DNA of 64,000 bases, from NCBI GenBank assembly GCA_043803745.1, contig JAZDJS010000049.1, forward strand, positions 1 through 64,000, given 5' to 3'. Every line of letters begins with the position of its first letter. The first letter of the stretch is position 1. The notes beneath the pieces were generated by a model, which was given only the letters and a program-made list of their open reading frames with translations, did no database searches and was not told where the DNA came from. Position numbers and translations under genes: made by a program. Shown in pieces: positions 28,739 through 37,278 of the stretch. The DNA is from an archaeon. GTDB taxonomy: Archaea > SpSt-1190 > DYHY01.

Positions 28739-28830
28739 CCCTTCAATTGGAATTGTCTTTAGAGGATATTATCCTTTTCTCTCGCCGGAAACAAATAAAA
28801 AGGACGTTTTCCACCAAAACGAATCAACGC

Positions 28831-28926
28831 GGGTCCGTGGGCTAGTGGGCTAGTGGCCTGTGTCCTCCTCAGAGGACACTGATGCTCTGAGGAGCATTAT
28901 GATATAAGGCACTAGACCGCGGGACC
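28831..28926 (+). repeat. Degenerate tRNA-Val 5' copy with inserted hairpins, closed by a segment antisense to the tRNA 5' end
   Basis: GGGTCCGTGG(GCTAGTGG)x2, hairpins GTGTCCTC-CTCA-GAGGACAC and ATGCTC-TGAG-GAGCAT, then CACTAGACCGCGGGACC. Confidence 0.75.
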
Positions 28927-28944
28927 AGCTGAACAGAGACAAAC

Positions 28945-29017
28945 GGGTCCGTGGTCTAGTGGTTATGACGGCGCTCTCACACAGCGCAGGCCGCCGGTTC
29001 AATTCCGGCCGGGCCCA
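28945..29017 (+). tRNA. tRNA-Val(CAC)
   Basis: GGGTCCG acceptor pairs with CGGGCCC-A; anticodon arm GCGCT-CTCACAC-AGCGC; T-arm GCCGG-TTCAATT-CCGGC. Confidence 0.95.
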
Positions 29018-29113
29018 CTTGAACTCAACTTACCGCTTCGCGGATTTATCTTTGAGTTCAAGGACTTTCGCCTTCGCCCTTTTGGGGCTCGGCTCCAGCC
29101 ACCATGAATCCTA

Positions 29114-29173
29114 CCGGTTCCCGAACATTAGTGAGGCCCGTGCATTTCAGCACGGGAATTCCGGCCGGGTCCC
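29114..29173 (+). repeat. tRNA-Val 3' copy with 36-nt insert in the T-loop
   Basis: CCGGTTC [29121-29156] AATTCCGGCCGGGTCCC. Confidence 0.8.
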
Positions 29174-29290
29174 TCCGACTTCGGCTGGATTGTCTGCAGG
29201 CAACTCTGAGGAGGAACTACGCACTGCGTGCCTATGCTCGGTCACCCCTCGCTTTCCGTCCGGTTCGTAAGCGCTAGCGAAATCCGTGCC

Positions 29291-29890
29291 TCAACCGGAC
29301 CTGACAATTTTCCCTTCGGGCTTATCCTCGGAAAAAATCTCGGACTGGAATTTCGAGAAGGTCAGGGAACTGAAATTGGTAACCCAGATGTCTGGGGGGA
29401 GTCCCGCTTTCTGGCAGGTTTGGGAAATGAACTCCGGGACATTCCAGCCAAGTTCAACGGGAACCTGGGGAAGGAGGAGTCCTGAGAAGGAACGGTACCT
29501 GACGATAAGCCCGTCCGTTCCGATTTCGACCGAGGAAATCAGCTTCTTCACGTCCTTGGCAAATATCCTTTTCGGCTTTGTAAGGACAGAAACCTCGAAA
29601 AGCGTTTTCGGAAGTTCCCCTTCCCCGAGCGGCGGGAACCGGGAATCCCGGAACGCTGCCGAGAAAGCGGCCTCGAGAAGAGCGTCCTTCAGGGGGAAAA
29701 TCGGCTCGGTGAAACCAACACAGCCGCGCAGGGCTTTTCCGGGGTATGTTGAAAGGGTCACGAAACAGCCCAGTTTCTCCTCGCATGCTTTCGGCCAGTC
29801 AAACTCAATGCTGCTGCGGGGATTGGCGAACTTTGCCTTGAGATAGGTTCTCGCAGCCTTGACAAGGAATTTTCCGACAAGGAGGTTCAT
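29291..29890 (-). CDS. AMMECR1-domain protein
   Basis: GCFVTL, LRGCVG, AAFRD.RF, EVSVLT, GLLLPQV, C.KAGL. Confidence 0.9.
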   Translation of the reverse strand: MNLLVGKFLVKAARTYLKAKFANPRSSIEFDWPKACEEKLGCFVTLSTYPGKALRGCVGFTEPIFPLKDALLEAAFSAAFRDSRFPPLGEGELPKTLFEVSVLTKPKRIFAKDVKKLISSVEIGTDGLIVRYRSFSGLLLPQVPVELGWNVPEFISQTCQKAGLPPDIWVTNFSSLTFSKFQSEIFSEDKPEGKIVRSG

Positions 29891-30498
29891 TCGCGCCGTC
29901 GACCTCTTTTTTCAGTTGAATAAATCAGCCCGCCAACAATTCCCAGAAGAAGGATTCCGCCGAAGCCAATTGACGGGGTGCTTACCGTGAAAACGCCCTT
30001 TTTGTTTGCCTCGACAAGGAAGCTGGTGCATGCCTTCGAATTCGGGTGTGTGTTGTTGACCTCTGCAAGCAGGGCATCCTCGGCGTTGATGCAGACGGAA
30101 TATGCGCCAATGGCGCCCCCGAGGAAAACAATCGGGATTTTCCTCGTCTCATTCTGGGAGACTATCACTGAAATGCTCGGTGTCCCTCCGACAAATTTTG
30201 TGAAATAGCGTCCCTCACCGGAGAATGAAAGGCGGATTTCCCGGATTTCCGGAAGGGGCGAGGCAAGAAGGACCGAGAAGGTTTTCCGCTCCCCGAGGGG
30301 AACCCTCACGAGAGGCGGCTGGGTATATGCGAAATCGGAGAGGTAACACTGGTCGAAAGTCGGGCTGCAGCTTTCGCCGCCCGGGCAGTCCGAATCGCTT
30401 GTGCAGGCGGAAAAGGCCGGGGAACTTAGGAAAGCTAGGACAAGGAATGTAAGAAATGTCTTTGCTGCTGCAGCTGTTTTCCTTGCCTTTGGAACCAT
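29887..30498 (-). CDS. Secreted surface protein with Cys-rich N-terminus and C-terminal TM anchor
   Basis: Signal peptide, CTSDSDCPGGESC....C, TM plus basic tail. Confidence 0.7.
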   Translation of the reverse strand: MVPKARKTAAAAKTFLTFLVLAFLSSPAFSACTSDSDCPGGESCSPTFDQCYLSDFAYTQPPLVRVPLGERKTFSVLLASPLPEIREIRLSFSGEGRYFTKFVGGTPSISVIVSQNETRKIPIVFLGGAIGAYSVCINAEDALLAEVNNTHPNSKACTSFLVEANKKGVFTVSTPSIGFGGILLLGIVGGLIYSTEKRGRRRE

Positions 30499-30552
30499 CT
30501 GGGAGGAAGCTCCCGCTAGCCCTGAATAAATAGTTTCTTTTCCGGGAAAGCC

Positions 30553-31038
30553 CTAGCCCTTGATGTCTTCCTGGAGGTTCTCGAGATCCTCCTCGTGCTT
30601 GACCTCATCCTCGAGAATTTTCCTAATCATGTTGAAGGTGATATAGTCTTCCGAACCCTTGAGGGTCTTGAGAATCCTGATGTAAACCCCTATTACGCAC
30701 CTTTCGCCCTTGATATTCTGGGCAAGGAGAGCTTTTGTAGACGGGTTGGTTGGAGCGGCATATCCGCAGTTCCCTTCCTTCAGAAGAGCTGAAAACTCGA
30801 GAATCGGCTTGCCGCCAAGCTCGATTATGCGGTTGGCAAGCATGTCTGCGTGGCCCTTCTCCTCGTTGGCATGCTCGGAAAGCTCCTTGGCAACGTCAGG
30901 CCTCATCGGTCCCGTTGCGACAAGGGCGCCAGTCCAATACTGGTAATAGGCAAGCCATTCGTCAGCAAGAGCCTTGTTAAGGAGCCTGATTAGTTCGTCA
31001 ACCTTTTCCCCTGCAATTTCCCTTCCTAGTTTTCCCAT
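30553..31038 (-). CDS. DPS-like ferritin-family protein
   Basis: LNKALADEWLAYYQYW, EE..HA, RI.ELGG, DE..HE. Confidence 0.9.
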   Translation of the reverse strand: MGKLGREIAGEKVDELIRLLNKALADEWLAYYQYWTGALVATGPMRPDVAKELSEHANEEKGHADMLANRIIELGGKPILEFSALLKEGNCGYAAPTNPSTKALLAQNIKGERCVIGVYIRILKTLKGSEDYITFNMIRKILEDEVKHEEDLENLQEDIKG

Positions 31039-31154
31039 ACCGCCGATGACAAGGGTGCATTTAAGATTTCTTTTCCGCCCGGAACGGACTCGGGGGGTTG
31101 TTTTCCGGGCAAATTCCTGGCAAGCGTTTTAAATCGGGCAAGCGCCCTTTGGAA

Positions 31155-31733
31155 ATGCCGCAGGCAAATCCGCAAAAGGAACCGTGGGCAAGCGTTAGCG
31201 AGGATGGCGGAGTTCTCCGAGTAAGGCTTCCGGACGCCCTTGAACGGAAATATCTCTCATATGACGAGGGGGATTTCCAGGAGCAGGCTGAAGATGCATT
31301 AGCGCTCCTTTCCAAAGGGCAGGTTGGAAGAATAGTTTACCAGAACGAAGCTCCCGGCGGGGATGACTTGCTAAGGAAGGGCTTTGAAGCAAGCGTCATG
31401 GAAGCTGCCATCTACGAGGAGAAATACGGAAAATTGCTCTCAAGGCTAGGGGCCTATCTTAGACAGGCCGTTTCCCCGGCATTCTGGTCGCTAGTAACTA
31501 TCGGGGCTGTGGATTTCGGATATGACGTTATTCAATCTGACGCTCCAGTCCAGCTCAAGGTAATTGGCGGGGTAACCTCCCTTGTCTTTGGAGGGCTGGC
31601 TGCATTCGAGGGCTGGCGCGGTTTCCAAAGCCTGAAGGAAGCTTTTGAAGCTGACAAAACCGCTACGAGGAACGCCGAACTTGCCATAGAATACCTCGAC
31701 CTTGCGCAGGATGCCGGTTCCTATGCGAACTAG
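31155..31733 (+). CDS. Hypothetical membrane protein
   Basis: ORF with two hydrophobic segments; TATA-like TTTAAA ~25 nt upstream of ATG 31155. Confidence 0.55.
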   Translation: MPQANPQKEPWASVSEDGGVLRVRLPDALERKYLSYDEGDFQEQAEDALALLSKGQVGRIVYQNEAPGGDDLLRKGFEASVMEAAIYEEKYGKLLSRLGAYLRQAVSPAFWSLVTIGAVDFGYDVIQSDAPVQLKVIGGVTSLVFGGLAAFEGWRGFQSLKEAFEADKTATRNAELAIEYLDLAQDAGSYAN

Positions 31734-31824
31734 CTTTTGGCAAGACAAGGAAACCGGGGAATGAAATCTTTTCATCCGGGGCCTCGGATAACAATATAAA
31801 CCGCCAAAAGTCCTTTCTTGCAAC

Positions 31825-31902
31825 AGCGGGGTAGAGTAGCCTGGAGTGCTCGTCGGGCTCATAACCCGAAGATCGGACGTTCAAATCGTTCCCCCGCTAC
31901 CA
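31825..31902 (+). tRNA. Initiator tRNA-Met(CAT)
   Basis: A1-U72 AGCGGGG/CCCCGCT, three G-C pairs in anticodon stem TCGGG-CTCATAA-CCCGA, encoded CCA. Confidence 0.95.
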
Positions 31903-31914
31903 TCTTTTTTACCC

Positions 31915-32120
31915 GCGGGGGAACTAATTGGGTGGTTCTCCAGCCGCGGCTGGATCCAATCCGCGGATTGGAAAATCCACTCCCCGCTACCATTCTTTCC
32001 ATTATGCGGGGGAACGAATATTGGTGGTTCTCCGGACTGCAACACGAGTCCGTGCATTGGCACGGAAAATCTCCGTGTGACTGCACACAGACCTCGCCAA
32101 GGCTCGGCACTCCCCGCTAC
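31915..32120 (+). repeat. Two tandem tRNA-iMet 3'-end copies with palindromic inserts in the T-arm
   Basis: GCGGGGGAAC..GGTGGTTC[insert]AAATC[insert]CACTCCCCGCTAC twice. Confidence 0.85.
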
Positions 32121-32208
32121 TCTTTAATCTACGGTTATTTCAGAGGTTTCTTGCTTGATAACTAGTTCGCAAATTCAATTCCTGTAAGAGCATATACTTT
32201 TAGTTCTG

Positions 32209-33069
32209 TTATCTCTTGAGCAATCCAAAGGAACCCAATATTTCCCGTATGGCGTTAAGGGTTCTCCCATCATCTTTGGTCGGGTTGTATTCTGAAACAC
32301 TGAATCCAATGAGTTCATATCTTCTCAACAAGCCCGTTAGCAGTTTAGTTGACTCTTCAACACTCAAGCCCTCCGGAACGGGCATAGCCGCAGAAGGGCT
32401 TTCTTTCGGATCGAGTACGTCAACATCGAAATGGATGAACGCTTTTTTCACCTTGGAAATCTTTGGATCCTTACCAATCGTCTCGAAAAATCTATCCACC
32501 CCGCCGACAGAAATCTCATCACTTGAGAACTTCAAGATTCCTTGCTTCCTTATGAAAAGCGTTTCAGGGGCGTCGAGGTCTCTTGTTCCGACCAGGACAA
32601 GTTTATCATTGGTTATTGATTTTTTCTTCTTTGATACCGCCACCAGGCGTTTGTCGCCATATCCCAATGCAATTGCCAAAGGCATCCCGTGAACGGTTCC
32701 GCTTGGCGAACTCTTTGGAGTGTTTATGTCTCCGTGAGAATCGAACCAGAATGCCACAAAATCTTTGTGAACCTCGGCAAGCCCCGCAAGTATGCCGAAA
32801 GTGTAACTGTCGTCTCCAGTTATTACTGCAGGAACCTTGCCTGATTTAGCGGCCCTTTTTACAGATTCTTTAGTCTTCTTTGATACTTCCAGGCATTCCG
32901 ACAAATATTTCACCTTGCCTCCGGCATTCGTTGGATTTCCCTGTGGAACGGCAATCCACTCTGCATCTGCCGAGAGGTTGAATGATTCCAAAATTTTCTT
33001 CGGTCCCGCTTCAACGCCATCCTTGTGTGCTCCGCCAAACCACGCAGGAACCGCTATTATCTTGAACAT
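32209..33069 (-). CDS. Arginase/ureohydrolase family protein
   Basis: FDSHGDINT, SG..HGMP, VGTRDLD, FDVDVLDP, SEYNP. Confidence 0.88.
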   Translation of the reverse strand: MFKIIAVPAWFGGAHKDGVEAGPKKILESFNLSADAEWIAVPQGNPTNAGGKVKYLSECLEVSKKTKESVKRAAKSGKVPAVITGDDSYTFGILAGLAEVHKDFVAFWFDSHGDINTPKSSPSGTVHGMPLAIALGYGDKRLVAVSKKKKSITNDKLVLVGTRDLDAPETLFIRKQGILKFSSDEISVGGVDRFFETIGKDPKISKVKKAFIHFDVDVLDPKESPSAAMPVPEGLSVEESTKLLTGLLRRYELIGFSVSEYNPTKDDGRTLNAIREILGSFGLLKR

Positions 33070-33115
33070 CTACAAGAAAGGAACGGTTTGTAATAAATAC
33101 ATTTCTTCAAGCGAG

Positions 33116-33454
33116 TTAATACTTGAACCTCTTCTCGTAATCCTTGTGGCAGAACCATTCGAGTATGACGCTCAGAATCATCACCGCGTTCTCTTTGATG
33201 GTGTAGATAAGACGCCAGCCGTTGGGAAGGTCGTATTTCCATAGGTTCGTCAGTGCGTATTGCTTGTACTCCTTCGGCCACAGCTTCTTGGGCATCTTTA
33301 TTCCGCAGGAAGCGTCCTTCTTGAGGTCGGAGATCGCCCTGTTGATGAATCCGTAGAGGGCCTTGTCCTCGAACTTGCCGGCATTCAGCTCTTCAAAGTC
33401 GCTTTCTAGCTTTCTTGAAGCGAATGCTACGGCAAGTTGCTTGTCCGGACTCAT
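33116..33454 (-). CDS. RelE/ParE-like toxin candidate
   Basis: NLWKYDLPNGWRLIYTI...HKDYEKRFKY; coupled (ATGA) to upstream small gene. Confidence 0.6.
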   Translation of the reverse strand: MSPDKQLAVAFASRKLESDFEELNAGKFEDKALYGFINRAISDLKKDASCGIKMPKKLWPKEYKQYALTNLWKYDLPNGWRLIYTIKENAVMILSVILEWFCHKDYEKRFKY

Positions 33455-33738
33455 CTCAGCTTCACGCCTTGGGCGAGGATCTTCCGTATTCCTTCGGGGT
33501 CGTATGTCCAGATGACAGTTCCGTCCTTGTCTATCAGTATCTTACCAGAAGACTCCAGGTAATCTAGTATCACCTGAAAAACCTGATACATCATCTTCTT
33601 GGGAAGCCTCTTCCACAGCTGGTATTTGCCGTATTCCTGGCTATATTTCTGTATTGTTCTCTCCACCATTATCACAGATTCAAGGGTCGGATTGTAGGCA
33701 AGCTGGACTTGCATTTGCTTCGTTGTCGTCTTAATCAC
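33451..33738 (-). CDS. Small winged-helix protein, antitoxin/regulator candidate
   Basis: PTLESVIMVE..I, LWKRLPKKMMYQ, ILDYLE.SGKI. Confidence 0.6.
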   Translation of the reverse strand: MIKTTTKQMQVQLAYNPTLESVIMVERTIQKYSQEYGKYQLWKRLPKKMMYQVFQVILDYLESSGKILIDKDGTVIWTYDPEGIRKILAQGVKLR

Positions 33739-33871
33739 CTATATTGGTACATATAATATATTCATTTATATAGCTTTGGGCTGCGAACAAATATTGGCCG
33801 TTTAATAATACTTAAAGATAAGTTAAAGATTCTTCAAAGCTCAGAGAAAAGGTCCTTTCTATGACCCTTCC

Positions 33872-33969
33872 GTCGGTGCCCACAATTTCAAACTAGCGCG
33901 TTTCTATCTTAGCTGTCTTTGTAGTGGGGAACCGACATGGAAAAACTTAAAAAGGCGGTAGGCACTACA
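33872..33969. promoter_or_regulatory. Inverted operator-like repeats around the Fic promoter
   Basis: TGTAGTGGGGAACCGAC (33920-33936) and GGCGGTAGGCACTACA (33954-33969) flank CTTAAAAA; related GTCGGTGCCCAC at 33872. Confidence 0.5.
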
Positions 33970-33977
33970 TAAGTAAC

Positions 33978-34901
33978 ATGGCGTTCATCAGAAGAAAAAC
34001 AAAGGGTCTTGCGACATATTACGAACTCGTGGAATCTACGCGAGTTGGCAAAACAGTCAAGCAAAAGGTCCTCAAGTATTTCAAAAACTGGGACGCAATG
34101 CTCAAATACGCAAAGGAAACTGGGGTTTCCGTCCCAAAGGAAGGCGCAAGCGAACCGCTTGACAAGAGAACGGCTGAAGAACTCGAGCTGCTGCTGAAAA
34201 AACTGGAGAGCCTTCGCCCCCTGCCACTAAACACCGTCGAAAGCCTCAGAAAAAAGCTCGAAGTTGAGCTAACATACAACTCTAACGCAATAGAGGGCAA
34301 TCGCTTGTCGTTGAAGGAGACTTTTCTTGTCCTTGAACGCGGAATGACCATCGGCGGCCGCTCTGTGAGAGAACACCTCGAGGCGACGAATCACAGGGAC
34401 GCTCTGGTATCCTTGGAAACGCTTCTGAAGAAAAAACGGATAAGCGAAAAAGACATTCTCAGTCTTCACGCACTGATACTCGACAAGATCAGTCCGTTTG
34501 ATGCTGAGCTTTACCGAACGGAACGGGTATACATTACGGGTTCAGGGCACATTCCGCCCAGTTGGAAGGAAATACCTCAGCTCGTCGATGAACAGATCGT
34601 TTCCAAAATTAATTCCAACAGAAGGGGGCATTTTGCGATTGAGATAGGCGCAAAGGTCCAGCATTCTTTAACCTGGATACATCCTTTTGCGGATGGGAAC
34701 GGGCGGATTGCAAGACTCCTCACAAACTTGGTCCTTATGCGAGCGGGTTTTCCGCCGATAATTCTTGAGAAGCGAACAAGGAAAACCTATTATCGGTGCC
34801 TTGAACTAGCGGACAAAGGAAACCTGACGCCGTTTACTCGCCTAATAGCAAGGCAGGCGAAAAAATCGCTGAATCTGTGGATATCTGCCGCAGAAAAATA
34901 G
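33978..34901 (+). CDS. Fic family protein
   Basis: HPFADGNGRIAR Fic motif; SNAIEGN inhibitory motif. Confidence 0.92.
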   Translation: MAFIRRKTKGLATYYELVESTRVGKTVKQKVLKYFKNWDAMLKYAKETGVSVPKEGASEPLDKRTAEELELLLKKLESLRPLPLNTVESLRKKLEVELTYNSNAIEGNRLSLKETFLVLERGMTIGGRSVREHLEATNHRDALVSLETLLKKKRISEKDILSLHALILDKISPFDAELYRTERVYITGSGHIPPSWKEIPQLVDEQIVSKINSNRRGHFAIEIGAKVQHSLTWIHPFADGNGRIARLLTNLVLMRAGFPPIILEKRTRKTYYRCLELADKGNLTPFTRLIARQAKKSLNLWISAAEK

Positions 34902-35014
34902 AGTGGCCTGGCGTGCTCGTCGGGCTCGTGAGAACCCGACGATCGGCGGTTCTCCGTTCCACATGAAAGGTTTCCTCTGTAGGGACTCAACGCACATCAC
35001 ACGGAAATATCGCC
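34899..35014 (+). pseudogene. Degenerate tRNA-iMet copy with altered anticodon loop and 53-nt T-loop insert
   Basis: TAGAGTGGCCTGGCGTGCTCGTCGGGCTCGTGAGAACCCGACGATCGGCGGTTC closely matches tRNA positions 8-56; insert TCCGT...ACGGA. Confidence 0.8.
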
Positions 35015-35184
35015 AAATATGCCGCAGGACGGATAGGAAGACCGAAAATTTGCGCGGGTCATTCTGCCTAAGTTTTTCGAGCGCGCTTGGGGTGAAGCAA
35101 CCTCAGGCAACTGACCGTCGGCAAAATTCAGTACCTCTCAAAAGAGGTCATTTTATATAGCTAGATTTCATTCCGACACTTCGC

Positions 35185-36048
35185 ATGAAAGCCATACGCA
35201 TCATCCGAGGAACCCACAGGAACGAGTTCTCTGCATTCGAACTTGCGAGTGAGGTGGCGTCGGAAGTGCTCTCTGGGGGCGTGCCTTGCGATCTCATAAC
35301 GGTTCCTTACGAGAGGACCGTGCAATTTCTCTTCGATGGACTTGAAGCGGGCGGTTGGCCGGAGGTAAGTTCAAGGATAAAAAAGGCAATTGCCTTGGAG
35401 GAAGATGGCGCTGAACTGGCGCAACGGTGCTTTGCTTGGTATTCTTGGGCGGGCAGAAAACTCGGCTTTCCAAGCGCCAATAAATTAAGAAAACTCGATG
35501 AAAATCCGGCCTCCGGCCTCGCTTTGAGCAAAGCTGCCGCTATGATAGACGGCCTCGCCGAAGACGAATACTCAAGGCTCCCTGGCGAAGTCCTCTCCTG
35601 CTCTTTCCACAACTATTGCCTAGATATGGGAGGTTGTAACTCGCCACAAATACCCACCAGATTCTATCCATACTTCCCCGGAGATGAGCCTCCCGGGAGA
35701 TTCGTCCATGTGGTCGGAGCGGAAGACCCGCTGCTTTCGGGAGAAATCGCCTTTTCCCGGAAAGGGAACGCCGAGAGATACCAGGAAGTGCACGTTCTGG
35801 AGATTCCTGCAGTCTACGAGACCGCGCCCTTCCTAAGGGTTCCCGAACTTAGAGGAGACCTGCACGAATTTTATCTATATCGCGTTGACATGGAAAAGAC
35901 CGGGGAGGCGGGCCTCATTGGTCCGGGTTTCGTGAGGGCGATAGCGGAAGGACTCGTGCTGGCTGCTAGCGGGCGGGGTTCCCCGGAAAGCCGGCCCTCT
36001 CGGCCAGGCCCGTATCTGAAGTTCCGCCGGAATTTTGCTACGCCTTAG
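35185..36048 (+). CDS. Hypothetical protein
   Basis: 287-aa ORF with TATA-like TTTATATA 25 nt upstream. Confidence 0.6.
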   Translation: MKAIRIIRGTHRNEFSAFELASEVASEVLSGGVPCDLITVPYERTVQFLFDGLEAGGWPEVSSRIKKAIALEEDGAELAQRCFAWYSWAGRKLGFPSANKLRKLDENPASGLALSKAAAMIDGLAEDEYSRLPGEVLSCSFHNYCLDMGGCNSPQIPTRFYPYFPGDEPPGRFVHVVGAEDPLLSGEIAFSRKGNAERYQEVHVLEIPAVYETAPFLRVPELRGDLHEFYLYRVDMEKTGEAGLIGPGFVRAIAEGLVLAASGRGSPESRPSRPGPYLKFRRNFATP

Positions 36049-36058
36049 AGAAATCGGG

Positions 36059-36108
36059 AAATCTCCGTGCGTGCACGGATGGTCTGCGGACCACACTCCC
36101 CGCTACCA
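36059..36108 (+). repeat. tRNA-iMet 3'-end copy with two hairpin inserts (att-like island boundary)
   Basis: AAATC[TCCGTGC-GT-GCACGGA][TGGTC-TGCG-GACCA]CACTCCCCGCTACCA. Confidence 0.85.
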
Positions 36109-36113
36109 ATAAT

Positions 36114-36422
36114 TCATCCGTGATAGAGTTTAGCTTCGACGAACTCAATCCCTCTCTCACGGTAAACTCTGAGCCTCGTTACGCCGTCCCCGACAACGAA
36201 GAGTTCCGCATTAGGCTCAAGCGACAAGTCGATTGGGTAGGGTTTCTTTCCCGCGTCAAGGAGCTCCCGTATGCGCCGTTCCTTGGAAACCTGCCACACA
36301 TCGTTGTCCGTGAATATGACTTCTTTCTGCCGCTCCATTTTCAGGTGCTCGACAATATAAGAAACCGGAAAAGTGAACCTTGCTCCGTCCCTGAACTTGC
36401 GTTCGAGCCAAGGCTTGTCCAT
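36114..36422 (-). CDS. Small ParB/Srx-like protein
   Basis: PYPI, FVVGDGVTRL..YRERG. Confidence 0.5.
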   Translation of the reverse strand: MDKPWLERKFRDGARFTFPVSYIVEHLKMERQKEVIFTDNDVWQVSKERRIRELLDAGKKPYPIDLSLEPNAELFVVGDGVTRLRVYRERGIEFVEAKLYHG

Positions 36423-36540
36423 ATTGAACAGACGAAAAGCAAGCCTTTAACTTTTTCTGGTTCGGATAGCTGCTGAATGCGCAACGTTCTTTTGACTTTT
36501 TCGTGGGCGGTTGAGCCACTAGGGGATGTTCAACGCAGAA

Positions 36541-36948
36541 CTATCTTTCAGAGAACGGCGTTTTTCCCGGACGGGAGTATGGCTCTTCCCTTCCCCGGTA
36601 GAAATTGTAGCCCACGCCGCTTTTCTTCTCGAACACTACCGCCCCATAGAATTTTTCGCCCTTGGCATAGAACGGGCTGCCGTTATAGATCTGGTTCGCG
36701 ACAACCTTTCCCTCCTGGGCAGCGCCCCAATTGGTGAACTCGGGGGATTTTATTTCAAGGGCGGAATATTCGGCAAGGTTCTTGCTTCTTGCGAATTCGG
36801 CAAGTCCGGGATCGAAATCTGCCGCATTTTGCTTGAAATCAAAACTTACCTCTTTTGGAACGCCGAGGGCATCTTTTACCGAATCAAGATAGGAAAGGAC
36901 CTGACCTTTGGGAGGCTGTTTCTCCAAAAGAAGATATGCTGTTCCCAT
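36541..36948 (-). CDS. Hypothetical protein
   Basis: 135-aa ATG ORF with protein-like composition. Confidence 0.5.
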   Translation of the reverse strand: MGTAYLLLEKQPPKGQVLSYLDSVKDALGVPKEVSFDFKQNAADFDPGLAEFARSKNLAEYSALEIKSPEFTNWGAAQEGKVVANQIYNGSPFYAKGEKFYGAVVFEKKSGVGYNFYRGREEPYSRPGKTPFSER

Positions 36949-37278
36949 GCCTTTCTTCGCTCTCCATTATGTAAGCTATTGGCGCTCTTTGCGTATATAG
37001 TTGTCATTCAATGGTAACAATTTGAGGCCATTTGCTTAAAGCTATCGCCGAGAAAAGGGCTAATTGAAAATGAGGTTTTCTCCGCTTTTCCAAGGAACTG
37101 ATTTCACCTTGCCTGGGAAAAACCTCAGGTCTAAACGCAACTGTGCATTGCTTCTATTTCAAGAAGACCTGGACAGCAGGGGAGTTCGCACGGGGCCGGT
37201 CGAGGATAAGGGTCGGCCGAGTCCGAAAGGCGGGAAAAGCAAGCAAACTTAATTAGCAGAAGAATCGGAAAATCCAGG

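Noticed and set aside
31888-32120. CCCCGC...GCGGGGGAAC units resembling type I-E CRISPR repeats
   Set aside because: They derive from the tRNA-iMet 3' end and its inverted copy; spacing is irregular, inserts are palindromic, and no cas genes are present.
31903-36108. Provirus or autonomous integrative element
   Set aside because: No integrase, replication or capsid genes; only ~4 kb.
37205-37245. Hammerhead ribozyme (GAGTCCGAAAGG)
   Set aside because: The CTGATGA core and a properly placed GAAA are missing.
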